43,988 nt of DNA, taken from positions 1-43,988 of the forward strand of contig JBFHFJ010000001.1 in NCBI GenBank assembly GCA_041583655.1. The letters are read 5' to 3'. The translations under genes were made by a program, and so were the position numbers. The stretch's first letter is position 1. Every line of letters begins with the position of its first letter. Under the pieces are notes generated by a model that saw only the letters and a list, made by a program, of their open reading frames with translations, was not told the origin of the DNA and made no database searches. This stretch comes from Haliea sp. (GTDB lineage: Bacteria > Pseudomonadota > Gammaproteobacteria > Pseudomonadales > Halieaceae). Of this stretch, positions 26,708-35,464 are shown in pieces.

Positions 26708-28596
26708 GAAAGAGGTTCGCGAACATGTTCAAAGCTGCATTGTACCCCGGCCCCATGATCCCGCTGCTAATGGCAGTCGTGCTATGGTCACCGGGGTCGC
26801 TGGCACTGGAGGTCTCAGGACAGGTTGTCGATGTGGCTGGCAAGCCGTTGCCCCACGTCAGGCTGCGATTTGCCAGTGACCAGTCAGTGCCCTATTCGAC
26901 CAGCGTGTTCTCCGGTGCCGATGGCACTTTTGTGGCCAGTATCCCGGATCGGGATCTGGCCGAGGTTGAGCTGGACGTATTCCGGATCGGCTGGCAGGCG
27001 ACCGGGGTTGAAACTACTTCCCGGGCAGACCGCGTAACGCTGACGGTGACGCTGCAGTCGATTGAAAACGTTGCGGATCAGGTCCCTTCATCGGCCTGGC
27101 TGCAGGGAGATCCCGGTTCGACTGCCTACCATATGACAACGCTGCAGTGCTCCAATTGTCACCAGCTCGGGGCCGAGCGCGTACGCAAATTCTCTGCCAA
27201 ACTGGCGGCACTGCCTGCGGAGCAGCGCTCCGAGGCCTGGCTGGAAAGATCAGTAGAGGACCTGTCCTACGACGGCAAGCGGGGAGCGTGGCGCGAAAAT
27301 GAAAGCACCCCTGCGAAGGAAAAAATAGAAGCCTGGGAAAGCATGGTGCAGTACATGCGCCTCGTCACTCTGCGCCTGGGTGAACAGAACAAGCTGCGCT
27401 GGGGACTGGAGGAGGGCAGCGATTTCTACAATGCGCTTCTGCAGCCCGAAACCAGCCTGTTTGTCCCCAGGGATATGGAAATCGTGGTGCCGAACCTGGC
27501 GCGCAACTTCCCGGTGGAATTCGACACCTTCACCGACTTCAATGATGTCGAGCGGCTTGGCGCCTATGGGTCTGGTGAGGGTACGATTATTGAGGAATAT
27601 GTGCTGCCCACCTTTGGTTGGACGCGAGAGATCGCTATCGCCCCCGGATCGGACCGGGTCTGGTTCCTGGAGACCGATAAGGATCGTCTGGGCGCCCTGA
27701 ATCCTGTCGATGGTTCGGTGGAATGGTTTCCTGTGCCCGGCAAGGGCCAGCAGGGCCCGCACACCATGAATGCCGATGCCGAGGGCAACCTCTGGGTGGC
27801 GCTTGAGGACAGTTTCTACATAGGACGCTTCAACACTGCGACCAGCGAGTGGCGCATGTACCCGCCCCCCGCCGGCAAGGCCTTTGGTGTGACCCATGAT
27901 TTCGCCTACAACTCTGACCGGCACGTTCAGCCCGACTCGGGCGGACGGATCTGGATTACCGATCTCGGCATGAATGAGCTCTGGGGCGTGAATGTCGAAT
28001 CCGGAGAGATCACGACCTACACCATGCCCATCGCAGTGGGTGAATCCAATTTCCACTCACTGTTGTACGGCGCGGCCTACGACCGGGAACGGGATCGGGT
28101 GTGGTGGGCACAGTTACACGGCTACGTGGGCAGCTTCGACCCGCGCAACAACCTGGTCGAACGCATCGTTCCGTTTGATCGCGGAGCCGGCCCCCGGCGC
28201 CTGGCAATACAGGACGATGGCATTCTCTGGATACCGCTGTACGGCTCCAGTGAGCTGGTCAAGTTCGACAGCATCGCCGGTATCGAACTGGCGCGCTATA
28301 GCATACCGGACCCCGGCGCCGGTCCCTATGGCGTCACCCTGGACAAGAAGCGCAACGCGATCTGGGCCGCCACGTCCAACTCCGACCGGATCTATCGCTT
28401 CAATATCGCCACCGAGACCTGGCAGCACTATCCCATGCCCCGTAAAGAAACCTTTATCAGAATGATCGAAGTGGATCCCGTCAGCGGCGATGTCTGGACT
28501 ACCTATGCGAGCCTGCCCGTCGGCAAGCGCGACCCGGCCGTCTTTGGCTCGGAGAGCGCCAACAACATGATTGTAAGACTGCGTCCGGGAGATTGA
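26698..28596 (+). CDS. Exported Ig-like (carboxypeptidase-regulatory-like) + monohaem c + Vgb-lyase-like beta-propeller protein, function unknown
   Basis: Signal peptide ending SLA-LE; VSGQVVDVAGKPL beta-sandwich start; CSNCH; repeated D..G.(L/I/V)W propeller blades (DAEGNLWV, DSGGRIWI, DDGILWI, SGDVWT). The real start may be ATG 26725. Confidence 0.8.
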   Translation: MLVRKRFANMFKAALYPGPMIPLLMAVVLWSPGSLALEVSGQVVDVAGKPLPHVRLRFASDQSVPYSTSVFSGADGTFVASIPDRDLAEVELDVFRIGWQATGVETTSRADRVTLTVTLQSIENVADQVPSSAWLQGDPGSTAYHMTTLQCSNCHQLGAERVRKFSAKLAALPAEQRSEAWLERSVEDLSYDGKRGAWRENESTPAKEKIEAWESMVQYMRLVTLRLGEQNKLRWGLEEGSDFYNALLQPETSLFVPRDMEIVVPNLARNFPVEFDTFTDFNDVERLGAYGSGEGTIIEEYVLPTFGWTREIAIAPGSDRVWFLETDKDRLGALNPVDGSVEWFPVPGKGQQGPHTMNADAEGNLWVALEDSFYIGRFNTATSEWRMYPPPAGKAFGVTHDFAYNSDRHVQPDSGGRIWITDLGMNELWGVNVESGEITTYTMPIAVGESNFHSLLYGAAYDRERDRVWWAQLHGYVGSFDPRNNLVERIVPFDRGAGPRRLAIQDDGILWIPLYGSSELVKFDSIAGIELARYSIPDPGAGPYGVTLDKKRNAIWAATSNSDRIYRFNIATETWQHYPMPRKETFIRMIEVDPVSGDVWTTYASLPVGKRDPAVFGSESANNMIVRLRPGD

Positions 28597-28602
28597 GTAG
28601 AG

Positions 28603-29343
28603 ATGGCAGGAAGACTGGCAGGCAAGGTTGCGGTGGTTACCGGTGCGGGCGGCGCCATGGGGGCTGCCATTGTCAGGCGCTTCTGTGCCGAGGGAGCCCG
28701 TGTGGTGGCCGTGGATGTCAATGGTAAGCAGGAGGCGCTGGCGAGCGAGCTGGGTGACCACTGCGTGGGGTTTGCTGCAGATGTTGCCAGCGCCCCGGAG
28801 GTGCAGGCCATGCTGCAGTTGGCCCTGGATCGCTTCGGCCGGCTGGACGTGCTGTGCAACAACGCCGCCATCCAGGGGTATCTGCGTCTGACCGGCGACT
28901 ACGAAGTGGAAGAGTTTGATCGTGTCATGGCAGTCAATGCCCGCGGTGTCTTCCTCGGTATGCGCTACGCTATACCCATTATGCTGGAGCAGGGTGGTGG
29001 CGCTATTGTCAACACTGCCTCGATGGCGGCGAAAGTCGCCTTCCCCCAACTGGTGGCCTATTCTGCCTCCAAGGGCGCGGTGATGATGATGACCAAGAAT
29101 GCTGCCGTTGAGTACGCGGACCGAGGTATCCGGGTCAATTGCTTTTGCCCGGGATCCATTGATACCGCCATGCTTAATGGCATGCCCCGGGAGTATATTG
29201 ATGCGGTAATCGCGGCCAATCCGGTGAAGAGGGTGGGGCGTCCGGATGAAATTGCGGACCTGGCGCTGTTTCTTGCCAGTGATGAATCCTCCTTCATCAC
29301 CGGCACCGACATCGTGATTGATGGTGGCTATACCGCGTTGTAG
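28603..29343 (+). CDS. Short-chain dehydrogenase/reductase
   Basis: TGAGGAMG, NNAA, YSASK, IRVNCFCPG, IDGG. Confidence 0.93.
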   Translation: MAGRLAGKVAVVTGAGGAMGAAIVRRFCAEGARVVAVDVNGKQEALASELGDHCVGFAADVASAPEVQAMLQLALDRFGRLDVLCNNAAIQGYLRLTGDYEVEEFDRVMAVNARGVFLGMRYAIPIMLEQGGGAIVNTASMAAKVAFPQLVAYSASKGAVMMMTKNAAVEYADRGIRVNCFCPGSIDTAMLNGMPREYIDAVIAANPVKRVGRPDEIADLALFLASDESSFITGTDIVIDGGYTAL

Positions 29344-29419
29344 CGAGTTTCAACATCAGGTCGCTGAAGGGAGCATGAGTTGCCTGTGCGGCGAGCCTGA
29401 CACCTTGTGGAGTATTGTC

Positions 29420-31558
29420 ATGAGATTGAAAATGAACTTCAGGACGCTCAGGAGATGTGTGTTTGTCGTATTGGTGCCTGCGCTGGTGTCGGGCTGCAGC
29501 CGTGAATCTTCGGAGGAGGCAACCGCCACGGTAGCAGTGCCCCAGCCGTCGACTTCAGCTGCCGCCCCGATTAAGCAGGGTGTGATAAGAGGGCAGGTGC
29601 TCAATACCGGGGGCTCCCCGGAGGCCGGAGTCTGGGTAATTGCAGAGACCGGAGACCTGCCCACCAACTACCGCAAGATTGTCGTCACCAACGACGAGGG
29701 CCGCTTCGTGCTGCCGGAGATGCCCGAGGGGTCCTACAGGGTCTGGGTGCGTGGTTACGGCCTGGCGGATTCGGACAGGATCGACGCCCAGCTGGGAGAT
29801 CAGCTAGAACTGAGGGTCAGGGCCGCAACCGACCCCGCGGAGGCCGCAGCCATCTACCCCGCCAATTACTGGTTGGCGCTGATGGATCCGCCCTCGGAAG
29901 ACGCGGTCAAGACGGCGGAGTTTCCCTACCCTTCCGCGGAGGATTGGCTGGGCCAGATGAAGCTCAACTGCACCATTTGTCACCAGCCAGGGAGCATTCA
30001 TGTCAGGTCCCTGGCGTCCTCTCCCGCAGCGATAGAGCATGGATTGAAGAAAGTGGGTGAAATGAATTCGCTCGCCGCGCAACTCAATCACGATGTGCTG
30101 CTGGATGTCATGGAAAGCTGGGGCAAGAAAATCGCTGCCGGCCTGACTCCCGAGGCGCCCCCAAGGCCACAGGGCCTGGAGCGCAATCTGGTCATTACCC
30201 AGTGGGAGTACGGTGGCAAATACACCTATGCCCATGACGTGATTTCCACTGACAAGCGCGACCCGACACTGTACCCGGACGGCAAGATCTATGGCCTGGA
30301 TATAGGTAACGACTGGCTGCTGATTCTGGACCCAACCACGCACAGCGTGGAGGAAGTCAAATTACCGGATTATGAACATGCCCGGCCCTGGTGTGAGCAG
30401 ACCTACAAGCCGCTTGGTGGTACTGAAGAAATCAATGTCGGTGCCCGCTTGCTCGGCTGCCCGGAAGAGGGTGTCGTCTCGTCGCATCCGGGTGCCTACC
30501 AGAACCCGGCCAATGCCCATAACCCGATGCTGGACGCCAACGGCAGGCTGTGGATGACCGTGCAGGTGCGCCGTGAATGGGGCGAGGATATGCCGGACTT
30601 CTGCAACCGGGATCCACTGATTGCCGGCGAGTACCACCACCGCCAGCTCGGCTACCATGACATCGCCAGCGGCGAGTTCGTGCCTGTGGATACCTGTTTC
30701 GGCACCCACCACCTGCAGTTTGACGACAAGGGCGTGCTCTGGGTCAATGGCGACAGTAACGTTGTCGGCTGGCTCGACACCAAAGTATTCGACCCGCAGA
30801 ACCCCGAGACCCTGGAAGCCGCCATGGGCTGGTCTGAAAGCAAGGTCGACACCACCGGCGACGGCGAGGCCGATACGCCGATCATCGGCTTCCGCTACAG
30901 CATTATCCCCAACCCCGTCAGGAACGATGTGTGGATAGCCATTCCTCCCGGTTCCTACGGTAAACATCCCACATACGGCGACCGGGGTTACATTGAGCGC
31001 TTTGATCCCGCAACCGGGACCCACGAGGTCTACAAGCCACCGGCTCCCGCATCGGGTGCCCGCGGTATCGACGTCGATACGAAAGGCAACGTGTGGGCGG
31101 GCATGGCGGGCAGCGGCCACCTGGCGCGTTTCGACCGCACCAAGTGCAAGCAGACCTGGGGTGCCGGCGACCAGTGCCCTGAGGGCTGGACCCTGTGGGA
31201 AACCCCCGGGCCACGGTTCAAGGGCGCTGAGGGCAAGGGCGCCGATTTCCACTACTACACCTGGGTGGATCAGTTCGACACGCTGGGCTTGGGCAAGGAT
31301 ACGGTGATTCTCAATGGCACGAACTCCGACTCCCTGATTGCATTCAGGCCGGATACGGAAGAGTTTACGGTGATCCGTATTCCCTATCCCATGGTTACGT
31401 TCACTCGAGGTGTCGACGGCCGCATTGACGACCCGGCGGCGGGGTGGAAAGGGCGCGGGCTCTGGATGACCAACGGTCTTGATCCTGTGTTCATGTCCGA
31501 GGTGCCACGCACCTATGTCGGCCATATCCAGCTGCGGCCCGACCCCCTCGCTGACTAA
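29420..31558 (+). CDS. Lipoprotein with Ig-like + monohaem c + His-rich beta-propeller architecture, function unknown
   Basis: ATG 29420 follows GGAG; lipobox LVSG-C; PEAGVWVIAET.DLPT...IVVT...GRFVLPEMP..Y.VWVRGYGL domain; CTICH; blades DANGRLWM, DDKGVLWV, DTKGNVWA. Confidence 0.82.
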   Translation: MRLKMNFRTLRRCVFVVLVPALVSGCSRESSEEATATVAVPQPSTSAAAPIKQGVIRGQVLNTGGSPEAGVWVIAETGDLPTNYRKIVVTNDEGRFVLPEMPEGSYRVWVRGYGLADSDRIDAQLGDQLELRVRAATDPAEAAAIYPANYWLALMDPPSEDAVKTAEFPYPSAEDWLGQMKLNCTICHQPGSIHVRSLASSPAAIEHGLKKVGEMNSLAAQLNHDVLLDVMESWGKKIAAGLTPEAPPRPQGLERNLVITQWEYGGKYTYAHDVISTDKRDPTLYPDGKIYGLDIGNDWLLILDPTTHSVEEVKLPDYEHARPWCEQTYKPLGGTEEINVGARLLGCPEEGVVSSHPGAYQNPANAHNPMLDANGRLWMTVQVRREWGEDMPDFCNRDPLIAGEYHHRQLGYHDIASGEFVPVDTCFGTHHLQFDDKGVLWVNGDSNVVGWLDTKVFDPQNPETLEAAMGWSESKVDTTGDGEADTPIIGFRYSIIPNPVRNDVWIAIPPGSYGKHPTYGDRGYIERFDPATGTHEVYKPPAPASGARGIDVDTKGNVWAGMAGSGHLARFDRTKCKQTWGAGDQCPEGWTLWETPGPRFKGAEGKGADFHYYTWVDQFDTLGLGKDTVILNGTNSDSLIAFRPDTEEFTVIRIPYPMVTFTRGVDGRIDDPAAGWKGRGLWMTNGLDPVFMSEVPRTYVGHIQLRPDPLAD

Positions 31559-31566
31559 GCTTCTCC

Positions 31567-31601
31567 TGCCCGCGGTTCTCTGTCACGGAGAGCCGTGGGC
31601 A
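31567..31601 (+). terminator. Long hairpin after the second propeller gene
   Basis: TGCCCGCGGTTCTCTG-tca-CGGAGAGCCGTGGGCA, 16 pairs including three G-U pairs; no U-tract. Confidence 0.5.
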
Positions 31602-31701
31602 ATGAGCATCCCAAGAAGTTATCAATCAAACTAGCCGGTCCTGCCTTGGGGCCTCGTCGCCCGGCCATCGGGTCTGGCGTGAATATCACCGCGCAATCCA
31701 A

Positions 31702-31756
31702 TCAACACATGTATTGACAAAACGGAGAGGGAATGTATTATCAACTATAGTGTTGA
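31702..31756 (+). promoter_or_regulatory. Sigma70-type promoter with tandem operators (copies 6 and 7) upstream of TonB receptor 2
   Basis: TCAACACATGTATTGA (31702-31717) overlaps TTGACA; 16-bp spacer; TATTAT; then TCAACTATAGTGTTGA (31741-31756). Confidence 0.8.
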
Positions 31757-31888
31757 TTTAAGGTGTGGTGAGACAGGGCGCTCCCCGGCACAGGGTCCAG
31801 GCTTGGATTTTTCCTGGTCGGTAGTTCAGGGGTTTTTGTCCCGCCGCCAGGCGATACGGCAATACATAAAGATAACGAGGAGATTACG

Positions 31889-34129
31889 ATGAACAACCCT
31901 AATGCAATACGACACGAACCCCGCAGCTTTTTAAAGTCACTGCTGGTTGCCTCGGTATCCGCTGCGGTGCTGGTGCCGTGCCTGGCCGCGGCGCAGGGGC
32001 GCCCCAATGCGCTACTGGAAGAAGTCATGGTGACAGCGCAGAAGAAGTCGGCAGCCGAAGCTTCCCAGGATGTGCCGATTGCGATCTCTGCCTACTCAGG
32101 CGACAAGGTCGAGGCCATGTTCGCAGTGAATCTGGTGGATATTGGCACGACCGCACCCAATGTACACCTTGCTGAGCAGGGCACCGCGCCACACACCGGC
32201 AATTTCATCATTCGCGGCATGGGTACAGCAGGCCAGAGTATACCCTCGTCGGATCCCGCTGTTGGCGTGGTCCAGGACGGCATGCCCTTTGGTCTGATCT
32301 ACGGTGTGGTCACAGACCTGTTTGATATTGAATCCATCGAGATCCTGCGCGGCCCCCAGGGTACCTTGTTTGGTCGCAACGTTACCGGGGGCGCAGTGAT
32401 CATTCGCACCACGCGTCCCACAGAGGAGTTCGAGGGCAAGGTCAAGGGGGTTATCGGTTCCCACGGCCAAAAGGAAATCAGCACTGTCCTAACCGGCCCG
32501 CTCGCCGATCGCTGGTCAGGCAAGCTTGCCGTTCTTGCCAAGGATCGCGACGGCCTGTGGGACAACGTGACCCTGGGTGGCGAACATGGTGAAGAGGAAT
32601 CCCTGATTGTTCGACCCGCACTCAAGTACACCGGTGACAACTATGACCTCACGCTTTTGACCGAGTACGCCAAGATTGAAGGCGATGGCATGGCCCCGCG
32701 GAACTTCTTCATCTTCGGGGAGGAAATTGACCCCTGGGCCGACAATTCCACTTCCACCGACACCGAAGGTGCGATTGATATCGACTGGTTCAACATTGTT
32801 CTCGAGCACAATCTGGACCTCGCCGGCGGCACGCTGACGACCAACGTCAGCTATCGGGATTTCGAGCAGAAGTTCTGGGGTGATATTGATGGCGCTCCTG
32901 GCTTCAATCGCTTTGAGTTCGCCGAAGGAACGGGGCTGTTGCAGGAACAGGTGGCGTTTGAAACACGCTGGGCTGGTGACCTCAGTGATCGCCTGAACAT
33001 GACGGTCGGCGTTAACCTGATGGACCAGGAATACACCTACCGCGAACGTCGCCTGGTGGTTGACCTGCTGGAACAGCCGGCTGAGTCGACGATCGAACAC
33101 GCTACTGCCGGTCTGTTTGCCCAGGCTGAGTACCGCCTGACGGACAGCCTGTACCTGACGCTGGGTGGTCGCTATTCCTACGAGAAGAAAGATGCTGCTA
33201 TTGGCGTTATCGGCGACCCACAGGGGGTGGGCACCTGCTCCGTGGTGATAGGCGAGATTCCCGCTGCACGCACCGTAGACTGGGGTGATTGCCGGCAGGT
33301 CTTCAACGACGACGAGAGCTGGGGTAACTTTACCCCGAAAATTGGCCTGACCTGGGACGTCAACGAGCAGGTCATGGCCTACACCAGCTATACCCGCGGC
33401 TTCCGCAGTGGGGGCTACAACGTGCGCTTTGCCGACTCCAGTCTTGTAAACACGCCGGACAATCCCAGGTCTACCCCTGGGCCTTATGATGAAGAGGTCG
33501 TCGACGCCTACGAGGTGGGAGTCAAGTCAGAGCTGGCCAGCGGCAGGGTGCGCATGAATGTCGCGCTTTTCTATAACGAATACGATGACCTCCAGCGTTC
33601 AGCCAACAACCAGTCCGGGGTGCAGCAAATATTCAATGCTGCAAGTTCGACCACGCAGGGCTTCGAGTTCGACATCGTTGCGGCGATCACCGATAACGTA
33701 ACCCTGGAGTTCGCACACGGCTATACCGACGCCGAGTATGATGAGGCAGCCTACCTGGAGTCTGCTCGCGGGCTTCCCGCCAGCAGTTTCAAGCTGCAGA
33801 TGGTGCCGGAGAACACGACCAGCGCAGCACTCACCTTTGATCACAGTATCGGCGATGCGGGCTACCTCACCTGGCGCGGTTCCTATTCCTACATGGACGA
33901 AGTGGCAAGCGATGATTTCAACTTCCTTATCGTCCCCGATTACGAGCTTTACAATGCCAGCGTCTCGTATACCAACGCCGCGGAAAACCTCAAGGTGTCG
34001 CTGTTTGGCCGCAATCTGAAGGACGAGGTCTACTCCCACTTTGGTTTCGACAACACCTCTATCGGTTCCCGCACGGTGTGGTTGGCTCCCCCGAGAACCT
34101 ACGGACTGGAGGTTGTCTACAACTTCTGA
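31889..34129 (+). CDS. TonB-dependent outer-membrane receptor 2
   Basis: Signal peptide, LEEVMVTAQKK, IEILRGPQGTLFGRNVTGGAV, C-terminal PRTYGLEVVYNF. Confidence 0.95.
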   Translation: MNNPNAIRHEPRSFLKSLLVASVSAAVLVPCLAAAQGRPNALLEEVMVTAQKKSAAEASQDVPIAISAYSGDKVEAMFAVNLVDIGTTAPNVHLAEQGTAPHTGNFIIRGMGTAGQSIPSSDPAVGVVQDGMPFGLIYGVVTDLFDIESIEILRGPQGTLFGRNVTGGAVIIRTTRPTEEFEGKVKGVIGSHGQKEISTVLTGPLADRWSGKLAVLAKDRDGLWDNVTLGGEHGEEESLIVRPALKYTGDNYDLTLLTEYAKIEGDGMAPRNFFIFGEEIDPWADNSTSTDTEGAIDIDWFNIVLEHNLDLAGGTLTTNVSYRDFEQKFWGDIDGAPGFNRFEFAEGTGLLQEQVAFETRWAGDLSDRLNMTVGVNLMDQEYTYRERRLVVDLLEQPAESTIEHATAGLFAQAEYRLTDSLYLTLGGRYSYEKKDAAIGVIGDPQGVGTCSVVIGEIPAARTVDWGDCRQVFNDDESWGNFTPKIGLTWDVNEQVMAYTSYTRGFRSGGYNVRFADSSLVNTPDNPRSTPGPYDEEVVDAYEVGVKSELASGRVRMNVALFYNEYDDLQRSANNQSGVQQIFNAASSTTQGFEFDIVAAITDNVTLEFAHGYTDAEYDEAAYLESARGLPASSFKLQMVPENTTSAALTFDHSIGDAGYLTWRGSYSYMDEVASDDFNFLIVPDYELYNASVSYTNAAENLKVSLFGRNLKDEVYSHFGFDNTSIGSRTVWLAPPRTYGLEVVYNF

Positions 34130-34137
34130 GTGCGCTC

Positions 34138-34179
34138 TGCGGTAGCTGCACCCACGGGAGTGCACTACCGCAATTTTTT
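34138..34179 (+). terminator. Probable intrinsic terminator after TonB receptor 2
   Basis: TGCGGTAG...CTACCGCA stem with inner TGCAC/GTGCA pairing, followed by TTTTTT. Confidence 0.6.
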
Positions 34180-34223
34180 CGCCGACAACCCTTATTTAAC
34201 CTAAGTCTTCAGGTAGCCTGGTC

Positions 34224-35408
34224 ATGAGAGAAGCCGTCATTGTTTCCACCGCCCGTACACCCATAGGTCGCGCCTTTCGGGGGGGCCTCAACAACATCAA
34301 ATCACCCACCCTTGCGGGTCACGCGATTGCTCACGCAGTGGCCAGGGCCGGTATCGACGGTGACCGAGTGGAAGACGTTATTCTCGGTACAGTGCTCGGG
34401 GCTGGTACCGCCGGTCTGAATGTTGCCCGTAATGCGGCACTTGCCGCCGGGCTGCCGGTAACCGCCGGGGCGCAAACCATAGACCGTCAATGCTCTTCCG
34501 GGCTGATGGCAGTTGCCACAGCGGCCAGGCAAATTATGGTCGAGGGTATGGATGTGGTGGTTGCCGGGGGCCAGGATAATATCTCGGCCCTGCAGAACCA
34601 GTACCTCAAGTGGGTGCAGGAGGAAGCGGACGAGAATGTCGTAAAAATGCAGGAGCACGCCTACATGGGCATGCTACTGACGGCCGAACACGTGGCCAGA
34701 AAATATGGCATCAGCCGCGATGCCCAGGATGCCTACGCATTGCAGTCGCAGCAGCGTACTGCGGCGGCTCAGGCCGCTGGTCGTCTGGATGCTGAAATTG
34801 TGCCGATCACCGCCCAGCAGAGACTGGTCGACAAGGAAACCAAGGCGGTGTCCTACCGCGAGGTTACCCTGGAGAAAGACGAAGGTAATCGTGCCGATAC
34901 CACCCTGGAAAGTCTGCAGAGTCTGGCGCCAGTCATCGAGGGCGGCTGTATCACGGCGGGTAACGCCAGTCAGCTGTCGGACGGCGCGTCGGCCTGTGTG
35001 TTGGTAGAGCGCAAGCTTGCCGAGCAACAGGGACTGCAGCCATTAGGGCTGTACCGCGGCATGACCGTGGTGGGCAATGCGCCGGAGGAAATGGGTATCG
35101 GGCCAGTGTACGCAATCCCCAAGCTCCTGAAGCAGCACGGTCTGGGTGTTGGGGATATCGGACTCTGGGAGCTGAATGAAGCGTTTGCGGTGCAGGCACT
35201 CTACTGCCGCGATACCCTTGGCATTGATCCTGAAATCTACAACGTCAACGGTGGTGGCATTTCCATCGGTCATCCTTACGGTATGACCGGTTCGCGGCTG
35301 GTGGGGCACGCACTTATTGAAGGCAAGCGTCGAGGTGCCCGCTATGTGGTGGTCACGATGTGCGTTGGCGGCGGTATGGGTGCAGCCGGCTTGTTCGAAG
35401 TTCTGTAG
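34224..35408 (+). CDS. Acetyl-CoA C-acyltransferase (canonical thiolase)
   Basis: RQCSSG, NEAF, GHPYG and MCVGGG catalytic motifs intact. Confidence 0.95.
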   Translation: MREAVIVSTARTPIGRAFRGGLNNIKSPTLAGHAIAHAVARAGIDGDRVEDVILGTVLGAGTAGLNVARNAALAAGLPVTAGAQTIDRQCSSGLMAVATAARQIMVEGMDVVVAGGQDNISALQNQYLKWVQEEADENVVKMQEHAYMGMLLTAEHVARKYGISRDAQDAYALQSQQRTAAAQAAGRLDAEIVPITAQQRLVDKETKAVSYREVTLEKDEGNRADTTLESLQSLAPVIEGGCITAGNASQLSDGASACVLVERKLAEQQGLQPLGLYRGMTVVGNAPEEMGIGPVYAIPKLLKQHGLGVGDIGLWELNEAFAVQALYCRDTLGIDPEIYNVNGGGISIGHPYGMTGSRLVGHALIEGKRRGARYVVVTMCVGGGMGAAGLFEVL

Positions 35409-35416
35409 CAGACATA

Positions 35417-35444
35417 CCGGGCCACTAGTTCATTAGTGGCCCGG
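35417..35444. terminator. Inverted repeat between the convergent thiolase and BVMO genes
   Basis: CCGGGCCACTA-gttcat-TAGTGGCCCGG. Confidence 0.65.
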
Positions 35445-35464
35445 GCCTCGGGTCGATGCTCCAG

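Noticed and set aside
26698-28596. Calling the propeller protein a virginiamycin B lyase (resistance gene)
   Set aside because: Only the fold-level blade pattern is shared; the export signal, Ig-like domain, haem motif and catabolic context do not fit Vgb.
29350-29367. TCAACATCAGGTCGCTGA as an additional operator
   Set aside because: Only the left half-site matches; the right arm is mis-spaced and mismatched.
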